From assembly GCA_951406725.2 (NCBI GenBank), contig OX597814.1, positions 175,274,001-175,338,000 of the forward strand: a stretch of 64,000 bases of DNA. The letters are read 5' to 3'. Shown piece after piece: positions 10,842 through 24,254 of the stretch; within the stretch, counting starts at the first letter, position 1, and each line of letters opens with the position of its first letter. The DNA is from Octopus vulgaris (taxonomy: Eukaryota). The notes under the pieces were generated by a model. That model did no database searches and had not been told where the DNA came from. It saw only the letters and a program-made list of their open reading frames with translations. The position numbers and the translations under genes were made by a program.

Positions 10842-13800
10842 ATTTCAAAATATACAATATCTGTACATCACTTCAAACAGTCTATACACACATACACACA
10901 TTTTCTCTCCTGACTAAGCCATAATCTCACCTCTTAATATGTTTTAAACATGAGCAGTGTGATGTTGGTTGTAAATGCTATAATAAATTCATAGCTGAAA
11001 GATAGTTGTGGCACTAGGGCCATTAAATCTGCAACCAATTAAGTTGGTGGTGAACATAAAACAGGTGCCACATTGTAGGAAGTGATGTTGCTTCCTTGCT
11101 GTCAATGCTGCAACTGTCCTAATTCCTTGAAAAAGGCATGCAATACTGCTGGGCGGAAGTTGCCACATGTATCCTTCTGTAGCCAGCAGTAAATGGATGA
11201 AATGGGCATAGCATGACCGTGCTATGCCACCATAACAAAATAGTTCTTTTATGTCTCACTACATGTTGGCACTTTAGAAATATATTTCCATATGGGCATG
11301 ACTGTGTGGTTGAGAAGTTTGATTCTGAACCATATGGTACAATCCCAGTGTGTGTGGAATCTTAGGTGGGGGCATGTTGCTTAGTGGTTAGGGTATTGGA
11401 CTCATGATTGTAAGATTGTTGTTCCTTCTTGAGCCATGCCTGGCTCATAAGGGCCGGTTTCCCAGTTTCCTTGGCGTGTAGGTTCCCCACCTGGATGGGA
11501 TGCTGGTCTGTCGCAGGTGAGCTGCAAGATGCAGGAGGGAAGAGTGAGAGAAAGTTGTGGCGAAAGAGTTAGAAGTTCACCATTTCCTTCTGCCAGAGCT
11601 TCGTGGAGCTTAGGTGTTTCGCTCATAAACATACACATCGCCCAGTCTGAGATTTGAACCCACAATCCCTCGATCGCGAGTCTGCTGCTCTAACCACTAG
11701 GCCATGTGTCTCCTAAGATTGTTGCTTGAGTTCCAGGACTACGCAACACATGCTCTTGGACAAAACACTTCATTTCCCATTTCTCCAGTCAACTCAGCTG
11801 GCAAAGATGACTAATCCTGCAATGGACTGGCATCCGGTCCAGGTGGGAAATTTATAGGTCATGGAAACTGGCCCTTTTGAGTCAGCATGACTTGTGAAGA
11901 TAACTTTATCTTTACTTTTGTGGCATCTTGGGTAAGTGTCTTCTACTAAAGCCTTGAGGAGCTTTGTGAGTGAATTTGATAGACACAAAATGAAAAGCTC
12001 ACCATATGTGTGTGTGTGTGTAGCCTTATGCTTGACATCATGTGATGCTTGTAAATGAGCATCACTGTCACACCAATCATGTTGCTCATTTCCAGTCTTC
12101 CATGTCTAGCCATGGGGAAATATTGCTTTACTTTGAAACAGGCGAAGGTTGGTGACAGGAAGAGCACCTGGCCATAAGAAAAACTGCCTAAAAAATTCTT
12201 TCTGACCCATCAAGACAGTGAATGAGAAATGATAATGAAGATGGCAATGACAATTATGGTGATGTTTTGATGATGATGACGATGATCTAATAATACACAC
12301 TCAGAAATAAAGATTAAGTCAGAAGGAAATTGAATTATGTCTAGAAATAACTAAAAGTTGTTTATATATATATATATATATATATATACATACAGACACA
12401 AGTACCCATGCTGGTGACATGTTAAAGGCTCTTGTGCCAGTGACACATTAAAGACATTCAGTATACTCTATGGAGTGGTTGGCATCAGGAAGGGCATCCA
12501 GCCATAGAAACCAAGCCAAAACAGACTGGAGCCTGGCAGCTCTCTGGCTTACCAATTCCAGTCAAACCATCTAACCCATGTCAGCAAGGAAAATGGATGC
12601 TAAATGGTGATGATGACGATATCTGACAAGTAGGCAGTGGGAGCAAAAATATTTTTCAGGCTTCCAGCTTAATTAACTGGTAAGATAAACGATAGGAAAT
12701 TTTCTGCCTCTTCACACCTGCACTTGGGGAGCAAGGGAGGGGACTTCCTCCTTGCTCCCCATCTGATAGTAGCTTCAACACAACAATAGCATAATCTTTC
12801 ACTACAGTCACCATATGCCATTTCATTTGTGTGTACCTTCCTGTACATGTACGCTGGTGTGAAAATGTGTGTGTTATGAATATCTATATGTGTATTTGTA
12901 TTTATGCATGAGCCTGCATCTCATCATCTGTTTCTTAAGTGCATGTGTGTCAGCTTTATCAGCAGATGTGTTTTCTTACACTATTAATTTGATAATTCAA
13001 TTTCATGGGTGATCTAGTGACACAGTATCTCAAATTATACCTCAATAGAAATGTGAGATAATGAATTTAAACATGAGTTATAAGCTTTGTACCCAATGCC
13101 CAAAATTTGAAAGCATAACCCACCCCCAATCCTCACAGAAAATGCTGCAATATAAATATTCAAGCTTTTATTTTGATTTTATCAGATTCACACCTGCTGG
13201 TTGGATGAATTAATGAATAAATTACAATATCTGGTGTGCTACAATTGCCTACATTTAAGACAAGAACTATTTTAAGGTAAATAGAAGATAAGAGAAGGCA
13301 TGATAGAATGGTTAAAAAGTTTGTTTTACAACCACATGGCTTTAGGTTCTGTTTCTTATTTCTTTATTGCCCACAAGGGGCTAAACATAGAGGAGACAAA
13401 CAAAGACAGACAAAGAGATTAAGTCAATTACATCGACCCCAGTGCATAATTGGTACTTAATTTATCGATCCCAAAAGGATGAAAGGCAAAGACGACCTCG
13501 GCGGAATTTTAACTCAGAGCGTAATGGCAGATGAAAAACCGCTAAGCATTTCGCCTGGCATGCTAACGTTTCTGCCAGCTCGCCTACTATGCAGGACCTT
13601 CAGTAAGGCAACAGTCTTCTTTGTTTAGCGCGTCCTTTTGGGGGATGCCTAAAATATGTTATATGGTTAATTCGTTAGCAATGAATAGCTACAATGACAC
13701 AGAGAGTTCACGATATCTTCAACAAAAGATTTATTGTAACACAGTGAAAATGTACATATACAAATGGAAGTTCAATTCAAATGAATTCATACAAGTGGAA

Positions 13801-13997
13801 ACTCAATTCAAACAAATGTGTACATATTAAGAACAGTTAAGGGTCAAGTTATAAACATTAACCCTAAGAACAATTGAATACTGGTTGCAATTCACTTAAG
13901 AATTTGTTGAGTGCGTCTTGCCAGACTTCAGGTCAACATAACAAACTAACACTAAAATAAGTCAGTGTTTGACCCAAGCCAAAATAAAAAAAAAAAT

Positions 13998-14199
13998 AGT
14001 GCAATAGGTGTAAAACATTTAGTGAACGAATATGAAAAAAAAAATGCATGCTGGCGAATGGAGGGCGGGGAAGAGGACTCGGAAAAGTCATACGATCCGA
14101 AAAATCCACAATAACAGAGTCCTCTCCCCCACTCCCCATTCGCTAATATGCATTTTTTTCATATTCATTTACTACATGTTGTTTTACACCTGTTGCACT
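13998..14199. repeat. Imperfect palindrome with about 85-bp arms
   Basis: AGTGCAATAGGTGTAAAACA...GAGGACTC and GAGTCCTC...TGTTTTACACCTGTTGCACT. Confidence 0.8.
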
Positions 14200-15585
14200 T
14201 GAACCTCTCACTGCTTGACAACAGGTGTTAGTTTGTCTTTTATCTTTTACCTGTTTTAGTTACTAGACTGTGGCCATGCTGGGGCACTGCCTTGAATCTA
14301 TTGGTCTCCTCTGCCGAACCACTAAGTTACAGGGATGCAAACACACCAACACTGCTTGCCAAGTAGTGGTGGTGAGACAAACACATACACAAAAACACAC
14401 ACACACACGCATGCACACACACACACACACACACGCACACACACACACACACATACACAATGGGTTTCTTTCAGTTTCTGTTTACCAAATCCACTCAAAA
14501 GGCTTTGGTCAGCCTGAGGCAATAGTTGAAGACACTTGCCCAAGGTGCTATGCAGTGGGACTGAACCCGGAACCATGTGGTTGGGAAGCAAGCTGCTTAC
14601 CACACAGTCATGCTGTGACTTAGTGGTTCAACAAAAGTAACCAATAGAATAAGTACCAACCTTGAAAATAGAATAAGTACTGGCCTTGAAAGTCCTGGGG
14701 TCGATTTGTTTGGCTAAAACGCTTCAAGGTAGTGCCAAGCATAGCTACAGTCCAATGACTGAAATAAGTGAAAGATGAAATATTGATTTCGAATTTTGGC
14801 ACAAGGCCTGCAATTTCGAGGGAGGGGTAAGTTGATTACATCAACCCCAGTGCTCAACTAGTACTTATTTAATTGACCCCAAAAGGATGAAAGGCAAAGT
14901 TGACCTTGTGGAATTTTAACTCAGGATGTAAAGACAAACGAATTGCTGTTAAGCTTTTTGACCAGTTTGCTAATGGTTCTGCTAGCTCACTGCCTTAAGT
15001 AAAAGATTAAATAATAAAAGATGTTTGCAGTGTTCATCTTCTGTTTGTAACTAACAAACCACTAAAAAAAACAAAACAAAAAAACAAAACAAAAACATAA
15101 ACAAAAAAAATAACAAAAAATGTTTGTAGCATTAAAAGAAGTTTAAAAAAAAAACCTAAAGCAAAATATAAAGTTAACAAAAAACATCATGAAATAACTG
15201 ATGTTTCAAACATCAGGAGTCAAGATACCCGAAAGGCTGTAAGAATTGCAAAGTTGCAAACCTAATAAAATCAAAGCAGCATGGGGGGAAAATGGACATA
15301 AAAAAGCTGAAGTAAAATAAAGTAAAAATGATAATAATAAACAACAACAACAACAACAACAGCAACAATAATAATAATAAGCATCAGCATCATTGACACT
15401 GCCACCACAATCACAAATAACTAACTTAGCTATGATTGGTGGGGTGGGAATGTGTAACGGTGTGTGGTGTGTAGTAATTTCTTTACAACAAATCGAATTT
15501 TCAGTGTGACAAAATCAGAAGGGAATCAGATTCTGACTTAATCTGTAAAGGGTTGTTTGGGTATATACTCTCTTTACTCTTTTAC

Positions 15586-15990
15586 TTGTTTGAGTCATTT
15601 GACTGCGGCCATGCTGGAGCACCGCATTTTAGTCAAGCAAATCGACCCCAGGACTTATTCTTTGTAAGCCTAGTACTTATTCTATCGGTCCCTTTTTGCT
15701 GAACCGCTAAGTTGCGGGGACGTAAACACACCAGCATCAGTTGTCAAGCGATGTTGGGGGGGACAAACACAGACACACAAACATACACACACATAAACAT
15801 ATATATATATACATATATATATATATGACGGGTTTCTTTCAGTTTCTGTCTACCAAATCCACTCACAAGGATTTGGTCGGCCCGAGGCTATAGTAGAAGA
15901 CACTTACCCAAGGTGCCATGCAGTGGGACTGAACCCGGAACCATGTGGTTCATAAGCAAGCTACTTACCACACATCCACTCCTACGCCTA
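15586..15990 (-). mobile_element. tRNA-derived SINE (family A, CORE-like)
   Basis: Family consensus head TAGGCGTAGGAGTGGCTGTGTGGTAAG...GGGTTCAGTCCC, CCTTGGGCAAGT core-like motif, internal CA/TA microsatellite, (GTAAAAGA)n tail. Confidence 0.85.
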
Positions 15991-16196
15991 GTAGTATAAA
16001 TATACCCAAGAGTTTATATATGTATATATAAATCCAAAAATCAGAATAAGAACATAACGGACGACGATAAAAACATACGGAGAAATAGACGATATAAAAA
16101 TGGACAGGAAAAACCAGGACGGAACATTCATGACAAATCAAATGTTAGTTGCGATTCTGAACTCATAAAAATATATACAATAATGAAGTTACTTAC

Positions 16197-16266
16197 GGAT
16201 CAAGCATAATGGCATGTTGATATGCTTTCTGTGCATTGTCAGCGTCATCAAGATATGTTAAACAAA
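16197..16266 (-). CDS. BBS4: BBS4 exon 11 (CLTYLDDADNAQKAYQHAIMLD)
   Basis: Matches [22 protein letters not shown]; gctag/GTAAGT; 70 nt. Confidence 0.94.
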
Positions 16267-17341
16267 CTAGCAAGAGAAGAAGCAGTGAGTTACGATGTGT
16301 CTTTTCAATTAATTAAGAACATTATGTATAAACGGTTTGCAAATATCAATGCTTGAGGAGACCTATTGAGTCAAGTACATCAACATCAAAAATCAATGGA
16401 AATTTTATTTGTGATACCTGTACCAGTGGCACGTAAAAAGTACCATCCGAACGGGGCCAATGCCAGTGCCGCCTTGACTGGCTTCCATGCCGGTGGCACA
16501 TAAAAGGCACCAACCGATCGTGGCCATTGCCAGCCTCGCCGCTCACCTGTACCGGTGGCACGTAAAAAGCACCCACTACACTCACGGAGTGGTTGGCGTT
16601 AGGAAAGCCATCCAGCTGTAGAAACACTGCCAGATCAGACTGGAGCCTGGTGCAGCCTTCTGGCTTCCCAGACCCCGGTCGAACCGTCCAACCCAAGCTA
16701 GCATGGAAAACGGATGTTAAACGATGATGATGATGATGAATGGTATTGATTGGTTGATTAATTGTTTCTATATTTTAAAGTGGAATAATTTGGGCTGTTT
16801 ATTTTTTTCATCACTTTAATGATAATTAATATCGGTTTCAAATTTTGGCACAAGGCCAGCAATTTTAGGGGGAGGGGTAGATGTTTACATTGATCCCAGT
16901 ACTTGACTGGTATTTTATTTTATCAACCTCTAAAAGGATGAAAAGCAATCTCTAAAAGGATGAAAAGCAAAATTGCCCTTGGAACCATTTGAGCTGGGAA
17001 CATAAAGAGCTAGAAATGCTGCTAATGAATCTGTCAGCTCACCACCTTCACTCTTTGAATAATAATAATAATATTGGTTTCAAATTTTGGGTACAAGGCC
17101 AGCAATTTTGGGGGATGGGGGTAAGTCAATTACATCAACCTCAGTGTTTGACTGGAGTCATTCTTATCAACCATGAAAGGAAGAAAGGCAAAGTCGACCT
17201 TGGAATTTGAACTCAGAACATAATATAATGAATGAAAAGCCACAAAACATTTTGTCAGGCATACTAACAATTCTGCCAGCTCACCACCTTAATAATAATA
17301 ATGATAATGATAATGATGATGATGATGATGATGATGATGAC

Positions 17342-17381
<40 letters not shown>

Positions 17382-17750
17382 TTGGCTTCAAATTTTTGCA
17401 CAAAGTCTTCAATTCCAGAGGAGAGGGTAAGTCAACTACATTGACCCCTAATGCTCAACTGATATATATTTTTATTAACTCCAGAAAGATGAAAGACAAA
17501 AGTCATCCTTGATGGAACTTTTCGTCCGTCTTTATGTTCTGAGTTCAAATTCCACCGCGGTCGACTTTATCTTCCATCCTTTCGGAGTCGATTGAAAAAG
17601 TAGCAGTAGAACATTGGAGTCAAAGCAGTCGACATATCCCCTTCCCTGAAATTTCAGGCCTTGTGCCTACTGAAGAATTATGCGACAAACAAAATGCCAT
17701 TAAAGCATTTTGTCTGGTATGCTAAGGGTTCTGCCAGCCTGCTACCTTTG

Positions 17751-18576
17751 AATAATGGCATTACTCTTTTACTTGTTTCAGTCATTTGACTGTGGCCATG
17801 CTGGAGCACTTGCCTTTAGTCAAGCAAATCGACCCCAGGACTTATTCTTTGGAAGCCTAGTATTTATTCTATCGGTCTCTTTTGCCGAACTGTGAAGTTA
17901 CGGGGATGTAAACACACCACCATCGGTTGTCAAGCGAGGTTGGGGGGGGGGACAAACACAGACACACAAACATATACACACACACATACATACATATATA
18001 TACATATATACAACAGGCTTCTTTCAGTTTCCGTCTACCAAATCCACTCACAAGGCTTTGATCAGCAGCGAGGCTATAGTAGAAGACACTTGCCCCTGGT
18101 GCCATGTAGTGGGAATGAACCCGGAACCATGTGGTTGGTAAGCAAGCTACTTACCACACAGCCACTCCTGTGCCATTGGTAAGCAAGCTACTTACCAACC
18201 ACATGGTTCCGGGTTCATTCCCACTACATGGCACCAGGGGCAAGTGTCTTCTACTATAGCCTCGCTGCTGATCAAAGCCTTGTGAGTGGATTTGGTAGAC
18301 GGAAACTGAAAGAAGCCTGTTGTATATATGTATATATATGTATGTGTGTGTGTATATGTTTGTGTGTCTGTGTTTGTCGCCCCCCCAACCTCGCTTGACA
18401 ACCGATGGTGGTGTGTTTACATCCCCGTAACTTCACAGTTCGGCAAAAGAGACCGATAGAATAAATACTAAGCTTCCAAAGAATAAGTCCTGGGGTCGAT
18501 TTGCTCGACTAAAGGCAGTGCTCCAGCATGGCCACAGTCAAATGACTGAAACAAGTAAAAGAGTAATGCCATTATT
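17751..18576. repeat. Near-perfect about 390-bp inverted duplication of a SINE A copy plus flank
   Basis: 18191-18576 is the reverse complement of 17751-18142, including private variants and non-SINE flank AATAATGGCAT. Confidence 0.95.
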
Positions 18577-21500
18577 ACTTACCCAGCAAGTAAGATCTGA
18601 AATATTCATGAAATAAACCTTCTGCCTATTATCAGGAATTGTGCATATCTCTGATGCAATCTATCAACATACTTTCCTTTAAAATAGACTGATTTAATTT
18701 TTGTTGCCAAGGGTGGTATTGTTAGGATATGAATTGCTGGGCCTCCATCCAGGTAGTAATGTTATTAAGCTGTAACCAACATTAATGACTTAATGTTTTA
18801 GCGATATTGTAATCAATTACAATAGCCAAACCAAATAAGAAGTTTCTCTGCATAAATGTTTCCACCATGGCACTGGGCATAAAAGTTTTGGGCCAGGGGT
18901 TAGTTGATTGAATCAACCTTGAAAATATGAAAGGCAAAGTTGAATTCAGCAGGATTTGAACTCAGTATGTAAAATACTACTACAAGGAATTTGATCAACT
19001 TTATTGTACTGACCTGGAAAGTCCATCATTGTTTAACGTCCGTTTTCCGTGCTAGCACAGGTTGGACGGTTCGACCGGGGTCTGGGAAGCCAGGAGGGTG
19101 CACCAGGCTCCAGTTTGATCTGGCAATGTTTCTACAGCTGGTTGCCCTTCCTAACGCCAACCACTCCATAAGTGTAGTGGGTGCTTTTTACATGCCACCG
19201 GCACAAATGCCAGGGGAGGCTGGCAGCGGCCACGATTGGTTGGTGCTTTTTACGTGCCATCGGCACAGAAGCCAGTCAAGGTGGTGCTGGCATCGGCCAT
19301 GTTCAGATGGTGCATTTTACATGCCACCGGCACAGGTATCACAACTACAATTTAGGTATCACAATTGACTGTGTCAGGGTTTGAACTCAGAATGTGCCAA
19401 AATTGGTTTCAAATTTTGGCACAAGGACAGCAAGTTCAGGTGAAAGGCAAAGTTAACCTTGGCAGAATTTGAACTCAGAATATAAAGATGGACGGAATGT
19501 CACTAAGCATTTTGTCCAGCATGCTAATGATTCTGCTAGTTTGTTGCCTTAAGGCTTGAATAAATATCAGTTTCAAATTTTGGCACAGAGCCAGAAATGT
19601 TTAGGGGTGGGGAAATTCAATCACATTGACCCCAGTGTTCAACTGGTACTTATTTTATTGACCCCAAAAGGATGACAGGCAAAGTCAACCTTGCAGAATT
19701 TGAACTCAGAATGTAACAACAAATGAAATACAACTGAGCACACTAAAGATTCTGCCAGCTCACAGCCTTAAGGCTTGAATAAATAATACTACAAGGAATT
19801 TTATCAACTTTATAGTACTGACCTGGAAGGTATGAAAGGCAAAGTTGACTTTGGCAGGATTTGAAATTAGACTATAAAAAAACTCTAATCAATACCAGTT
19901 CACTATTCTCATAACTGTTTCTACTTCAGGTACAAGTCTAAGAAATTTGAGTGGAGGAGTGGTTATTTGATTACATTAATCCCAGTAATTTTATTTCATT
20001 TACCTTGAAAGGACAAAAGACAAAGTTGACCTAGATTAAGCGATATAATTAATTTTAATAACCACATCAAATAAAAAATATCTTCTTATAATGAAAACAA
20101 TTAAAAGAAAAAATTCATGAAGGTTGTGAAGTTCTCAAGTAGTACAAAAATTATAGTTTCCATATTGAAAGTTGTCAACAGCATAAGAGCACTTAAAAAT
20201 ACATTAACAGAAGATTGTTTTCTTTATTGTACCAAGACTCTTTAAGAAAGAAAAAAACAAATTGGCTGTTGGATCTACAATGGATATTTAATTTAACTAA
20301 ACTTTTCTTGAAGAGAGCAGACAGTCGGGTATATAAGAATTTTACTTTTTAATGCTTGAATAACTGGGTAACTATTTATCTGTTTTATTTTAGGTCAACT
20401 TAAAATAAACAAAAACAGTAATAACCCCAAATCTTTGATTATAGGTCAGCTCAATTAGAGTTAATTCAAGGCTGGGCTGCAGTAACAGCACAACCCTCCC
20501 CCATTTAAGACTGAATTCCTAAGTTGTCACAGGTTAGATGTTGCTGTTGTTGTAGCTTAGGACAGGGTCAAACCTAATTAAGCAGACCCATTGCTTGTCC
20601 ACAAATCCATAGCTATGGATATGCCATACCTTGTAGTGTAAGATGAAGTTTGAGAGAGATTTGGCTGTTGTTTCTAACAGACTGTGCAATTATGTACAGG
20701 CTGTTTTCTTGCAGTGTGGTTGGTTAGATGTATTGAAGTTTGAAAGGTTGGATAATTTTTCCTAATAACAGTAATTAGAATCTATTTTCTACAGCAGTGT
20801 TGCAGGAGATAAATAATGTGGCCACACAAAATATTTAGTGAACTAGTACCATTTGTGTGGAGGTGCAATGGCCCAGTGGTTAGGGCAGTGGACTTGCGGT
20901 CGGAGGATAGCAGTTTCAATTCCCAGACCGGGTGTTGTGTGTGTTTATTGAGCGAAAACACCTAAAGCTCCATGAGGCTCCGGCAGCGGGTGGTGGCGAC
21001 CCTGTTGTACTCTTTCGCCCCAACTTTCTCTCACTCTCTCTTCTTGTTTCTTGAGTAACGCTGCGATGGACTGGCGTCCCATTCAGCTGGGGGGAACATA
21101 TACGCCACAGAAACCGGGTCCATGAACCTGGCTAGGCTTGAAAAATGCACATAAATAATAAAAAGTACCATTTGTACATCTAGGAAAAGTCTGTATGCAC
21201 AAGGCCATGAGTTATTCACAACTACCCTCCCTAATTAATCTTTTGCTTGTTTCAGTCATAGGAGAGTGGCCAAGTTGGGGTACCACCTGGAAATGTTTAG
21301 CCAAACAAATCAATACTAGCGTTTATCTTTTTTAAAATTTTTATCTCTTTTGCTGAACTGCTAAGTTATGGGAACAGAAACAAACCAACACTGGTTCTCT
21401 AGTGAAGGTCATGGTGGGGTACAAACATACAATCACACACACACACACACAGAGTAAGAAATCACTTAGTATAAATGACTATGAAGAAGGAGAAATTAAG

Positions 21501-21682
21501 ATGAAAGGAATGAATTTATTTTGAACTTGAAAGAGCTCAGGTCATAAGAAGAAGGAAAACAATGAGACAAAGATATGGTCGGTTTAAATGCTAAAGGGTA
21601 AAATTATGCAAATCGCTTAGGCCATAAATGTGTTCTATTATTATGTATAAGTTTAAGTTTCTTGGCTGATGGAGATAAGATT

Positions 21683-21740
21683 GGACAAGTGTTGTGCTGA
21701 TGATGTCTGTTGGGGCAGAAACACATGTCTACAACTGTCC
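21683..21740 (+). ncRNA. Type I hammerhead ribozyme (canonical core), antisense in BBS4 intron 10
   Basis: GGACA-agt-GTTGTG CTGATGA TGTCT-gttg-GGGCA GAAA C-acat-G TC|TACAAC-TGTCC; stems I, II and minimal III form; predicted GUC cleavage after 21729. Confidence 0.8.
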
Positions 21741-22159
21741 CCTTATTTCAAATTCCTTAGTGATATAGCAATTTTGGAAAATTTTAAATTCTTGAGATAA
21801 TCTCTCTTTCTCATATGAAACTAGTCTTAACTGCAATTTGGTAATTATGACACATCCTCTAGAAGCAGAGATAATTTTAATAAATCAAGAATTTATGTTG
21901 TATGGCATTTGATATATCTGGACTTGACTCTGTTGTTTATATCCATGCCACTGGCCATTCTGAGCTATTTCTCTTTGAGCATTTTGTTTAAGACACATAA
22001 CTCTGCTTGCTTTATTTTATTTAACTAACAACAAGATCTTGTCTCATTAAGCATTTAATTAGTTAGCAATAGTAAAGAGTAGTTAACTGTCAGAACAACT
22101 GCTTGAAAAATATCATTATTATCCACCTTAGCCAGATTAAAAATGAATTTTAAACAGTT

Positions 22160-22271
22160 GCTAAAAGAAGTAATTGTGAAGGAAATGAAGGAAATTCACT
22201 TACTAGCTAACATCAGCTAAAAGAAGTAATTGTGAAGGAAATGAAGGAAATTCACTTACTAGCTAACATCA
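22160..22271. repeat. Perfect 56-bp tandem duplication spanning the BBS4 exon 10 donor
   Basis: GCTAAAAGAAG...CACTTACTAGCTAACATCA twice (22160-22215 and 22216-22271). Confidence 0.95.
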
Positions 22272-22431
22272 TAAATGCTTCAGGATCTTTTGGTTTGTAC
22301 TTCAGCATAGTACTAAGAAAGTGGAATGCAGATGCATATTGTTGCATGTGGAGATGAACTAATCCCAGATTGTACAACACCTTTGTGTCAAATGGAGAAA
22401 GATAATTGGCTCTTTTTAAACAGCAAATTGC
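22260..22431 (-). CDS. BBS4: BBS4 exon 10 ([57 protein letters not shown])
   Basis: Matches [40 protein letters not shown]; tacag/GTAAGT; 172 nt; not in the ORF track. Confidence 0.98.
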
Positions 22432-24219
22432 CTGTAAGGGAAGAAAAATAAAAATATATCAGACTATGTATTTGATACTTGGTTGTTAATTATATAAATT
22501 AAACATGTAAAAAGCATCCAGTCCACACTGTAAAGTGGTTGGCATTTGGAAGGGCACCGGCTGTAAAAACCATACCAAAAGTGATCTCACCTGTGCTGGT
22601 GCCATGTAAAGAGCACTCAGTCTACTCTGCAGGGTGGTTGCTGTTAGGAAGGGCATTCAGCTATAAAAACTATGCCAAAACAGACACTGAAGCCTGGTGC
22701 AGTCCTCTGCCCAGGCAGCTTCTCTCAAACTGTCCAATCCATGCCAGCATGGAAAGTGGACATTAAATGATGATGACGAATTTCATCTACTGCCTATAAG
22801 CTGTTTCATTAAGTATCAATCTTCAACCTCAAACAACTTGTGCCTGTTTTTAGTTTAATATTAAGACACAAATGTGGTTGTGTGGTTGAGACACTTACTT
22901 CCCAACTATGTGGTCTTGGGTTCAGTCCCACTGTGTGGTACCTTGGGCGAATGTCTTCTATTACAGCCCCAGGTGGACCAAATGCCTTATAAGTGGATTT
23001 GGTAGATGGAAACTGAAAGAAGCCCACCCTGTGCATGCATGTGTGTGTGTTCATTTTCATTCTTCCATGAGAAACATGTCTGACCATGGGGAAATATTAC
23101 CTTGCTTGGAAGTAGGGTTGGCAACAGAAGGTCTGCCCCAACAAATTCCATTTGACCCATGCAAGTATGGCAAATTGGATGTTAAATAATGATTCAACCT
23201 CATAAGCATATTTCCAGATCATCATAAGCATATTTCTGGATATAATTGTTATAAGAAATACATATTCTTAAAAAGCCAGTTGAAGAAGTGTTGTGGTAAT
23301 TTTGTTTTAATTAGTTTGACTTTTAGTTTAAGTAAGCATTACAGAGGTTATCTATATTTTACCTTCAGCTAAAAAAAAACAACAAATTTTCTACCATCAA
23401 ACAAATATCAATATTGCAAAGATAAAATAGACTTTTATTTTCTTAAGTGGTTGGGTAAGTGATATGGATGTAAATATTACAATTCTTAATTTTAAAGACA
23501 GTGATAGGAGGTTGCTTATTGACAAGAAGAATGCACTTGGAATATGTTAAGTGGTTTCAAGTAGTGCAGGAAATATAGTTGGCAGTGGAGGCTTAGGTCT
23601 CGTATCAAAGGTTAAATCTATTGCGATTATCATTCACAAGTTTTGTATTACAAGAAGAATTGTCTGTAAAACAATATAAAGGAGGACAAAAAAAATATAT
23701 GTTAAGCAGTTTGCTTTGCAGCTAATGCAAATCTAAGTGTAACATTTGTCACGTGGTTTGCTAATTGCTTGAGTTGAGCTGGTCAATTATGATACACTTT
23801 AAACGTCTGGGTTGTCATTGTTGAAGTGGACGGTATTATTATTGTAGCTGTAGTGTATGTGTGGAATGTTGTTGCTGGCTCGGTGAATAAAAACTGAAGC
23901 AAACTCAAGAACATTTAACTGTGGTATTCATTACTGGACATAATATGTTTGGTGTTGGCTATTTACAATTATCTTTTATTTTTTATTTGTTTCAGCCATT
24001 AAGACTGTGGCCATTCTGGGGCACTGCCTTGAAGAATTTCTAGTCAAATGAATTGACCCCAGCACTTATTTCTTTTTTTAAAGTCTGGTATTTATTCTAT
24101 TGGTCTCTTTTGCTGAACTGTTAAGTTATGAGAATGTAAGCACATGAACACTGGTTGTCAAATGGTGGTGGGTGACAAACATAGAAACACACACACACAC
24201 ACGCACACACACATACACA

Positions 24220-24254
<35 letters not shown>

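Noticed and set aside
13630-13925. Possible solo LTR with PBS-like sequence (similar candidate at about 23738-23945)
   Set aside because: Could not establish TG...CA ends with a TSD or a clean tRNA match
14270-14623. Recurrent peptide LSVSVYQIHSQGFGRPEAIVEDTCPRCHAVGLNPEPCGW resembling a gene family
   Set aside because: Antisense translation of SINE family A
15213-15261. Possible alternative terminal BBS4 exon (PFATLQFLQPFGYLDS*) after a good acceptor
   Set aside because: No homology or transcript support; acceptor-like motifs are frequent in AT-rich introns
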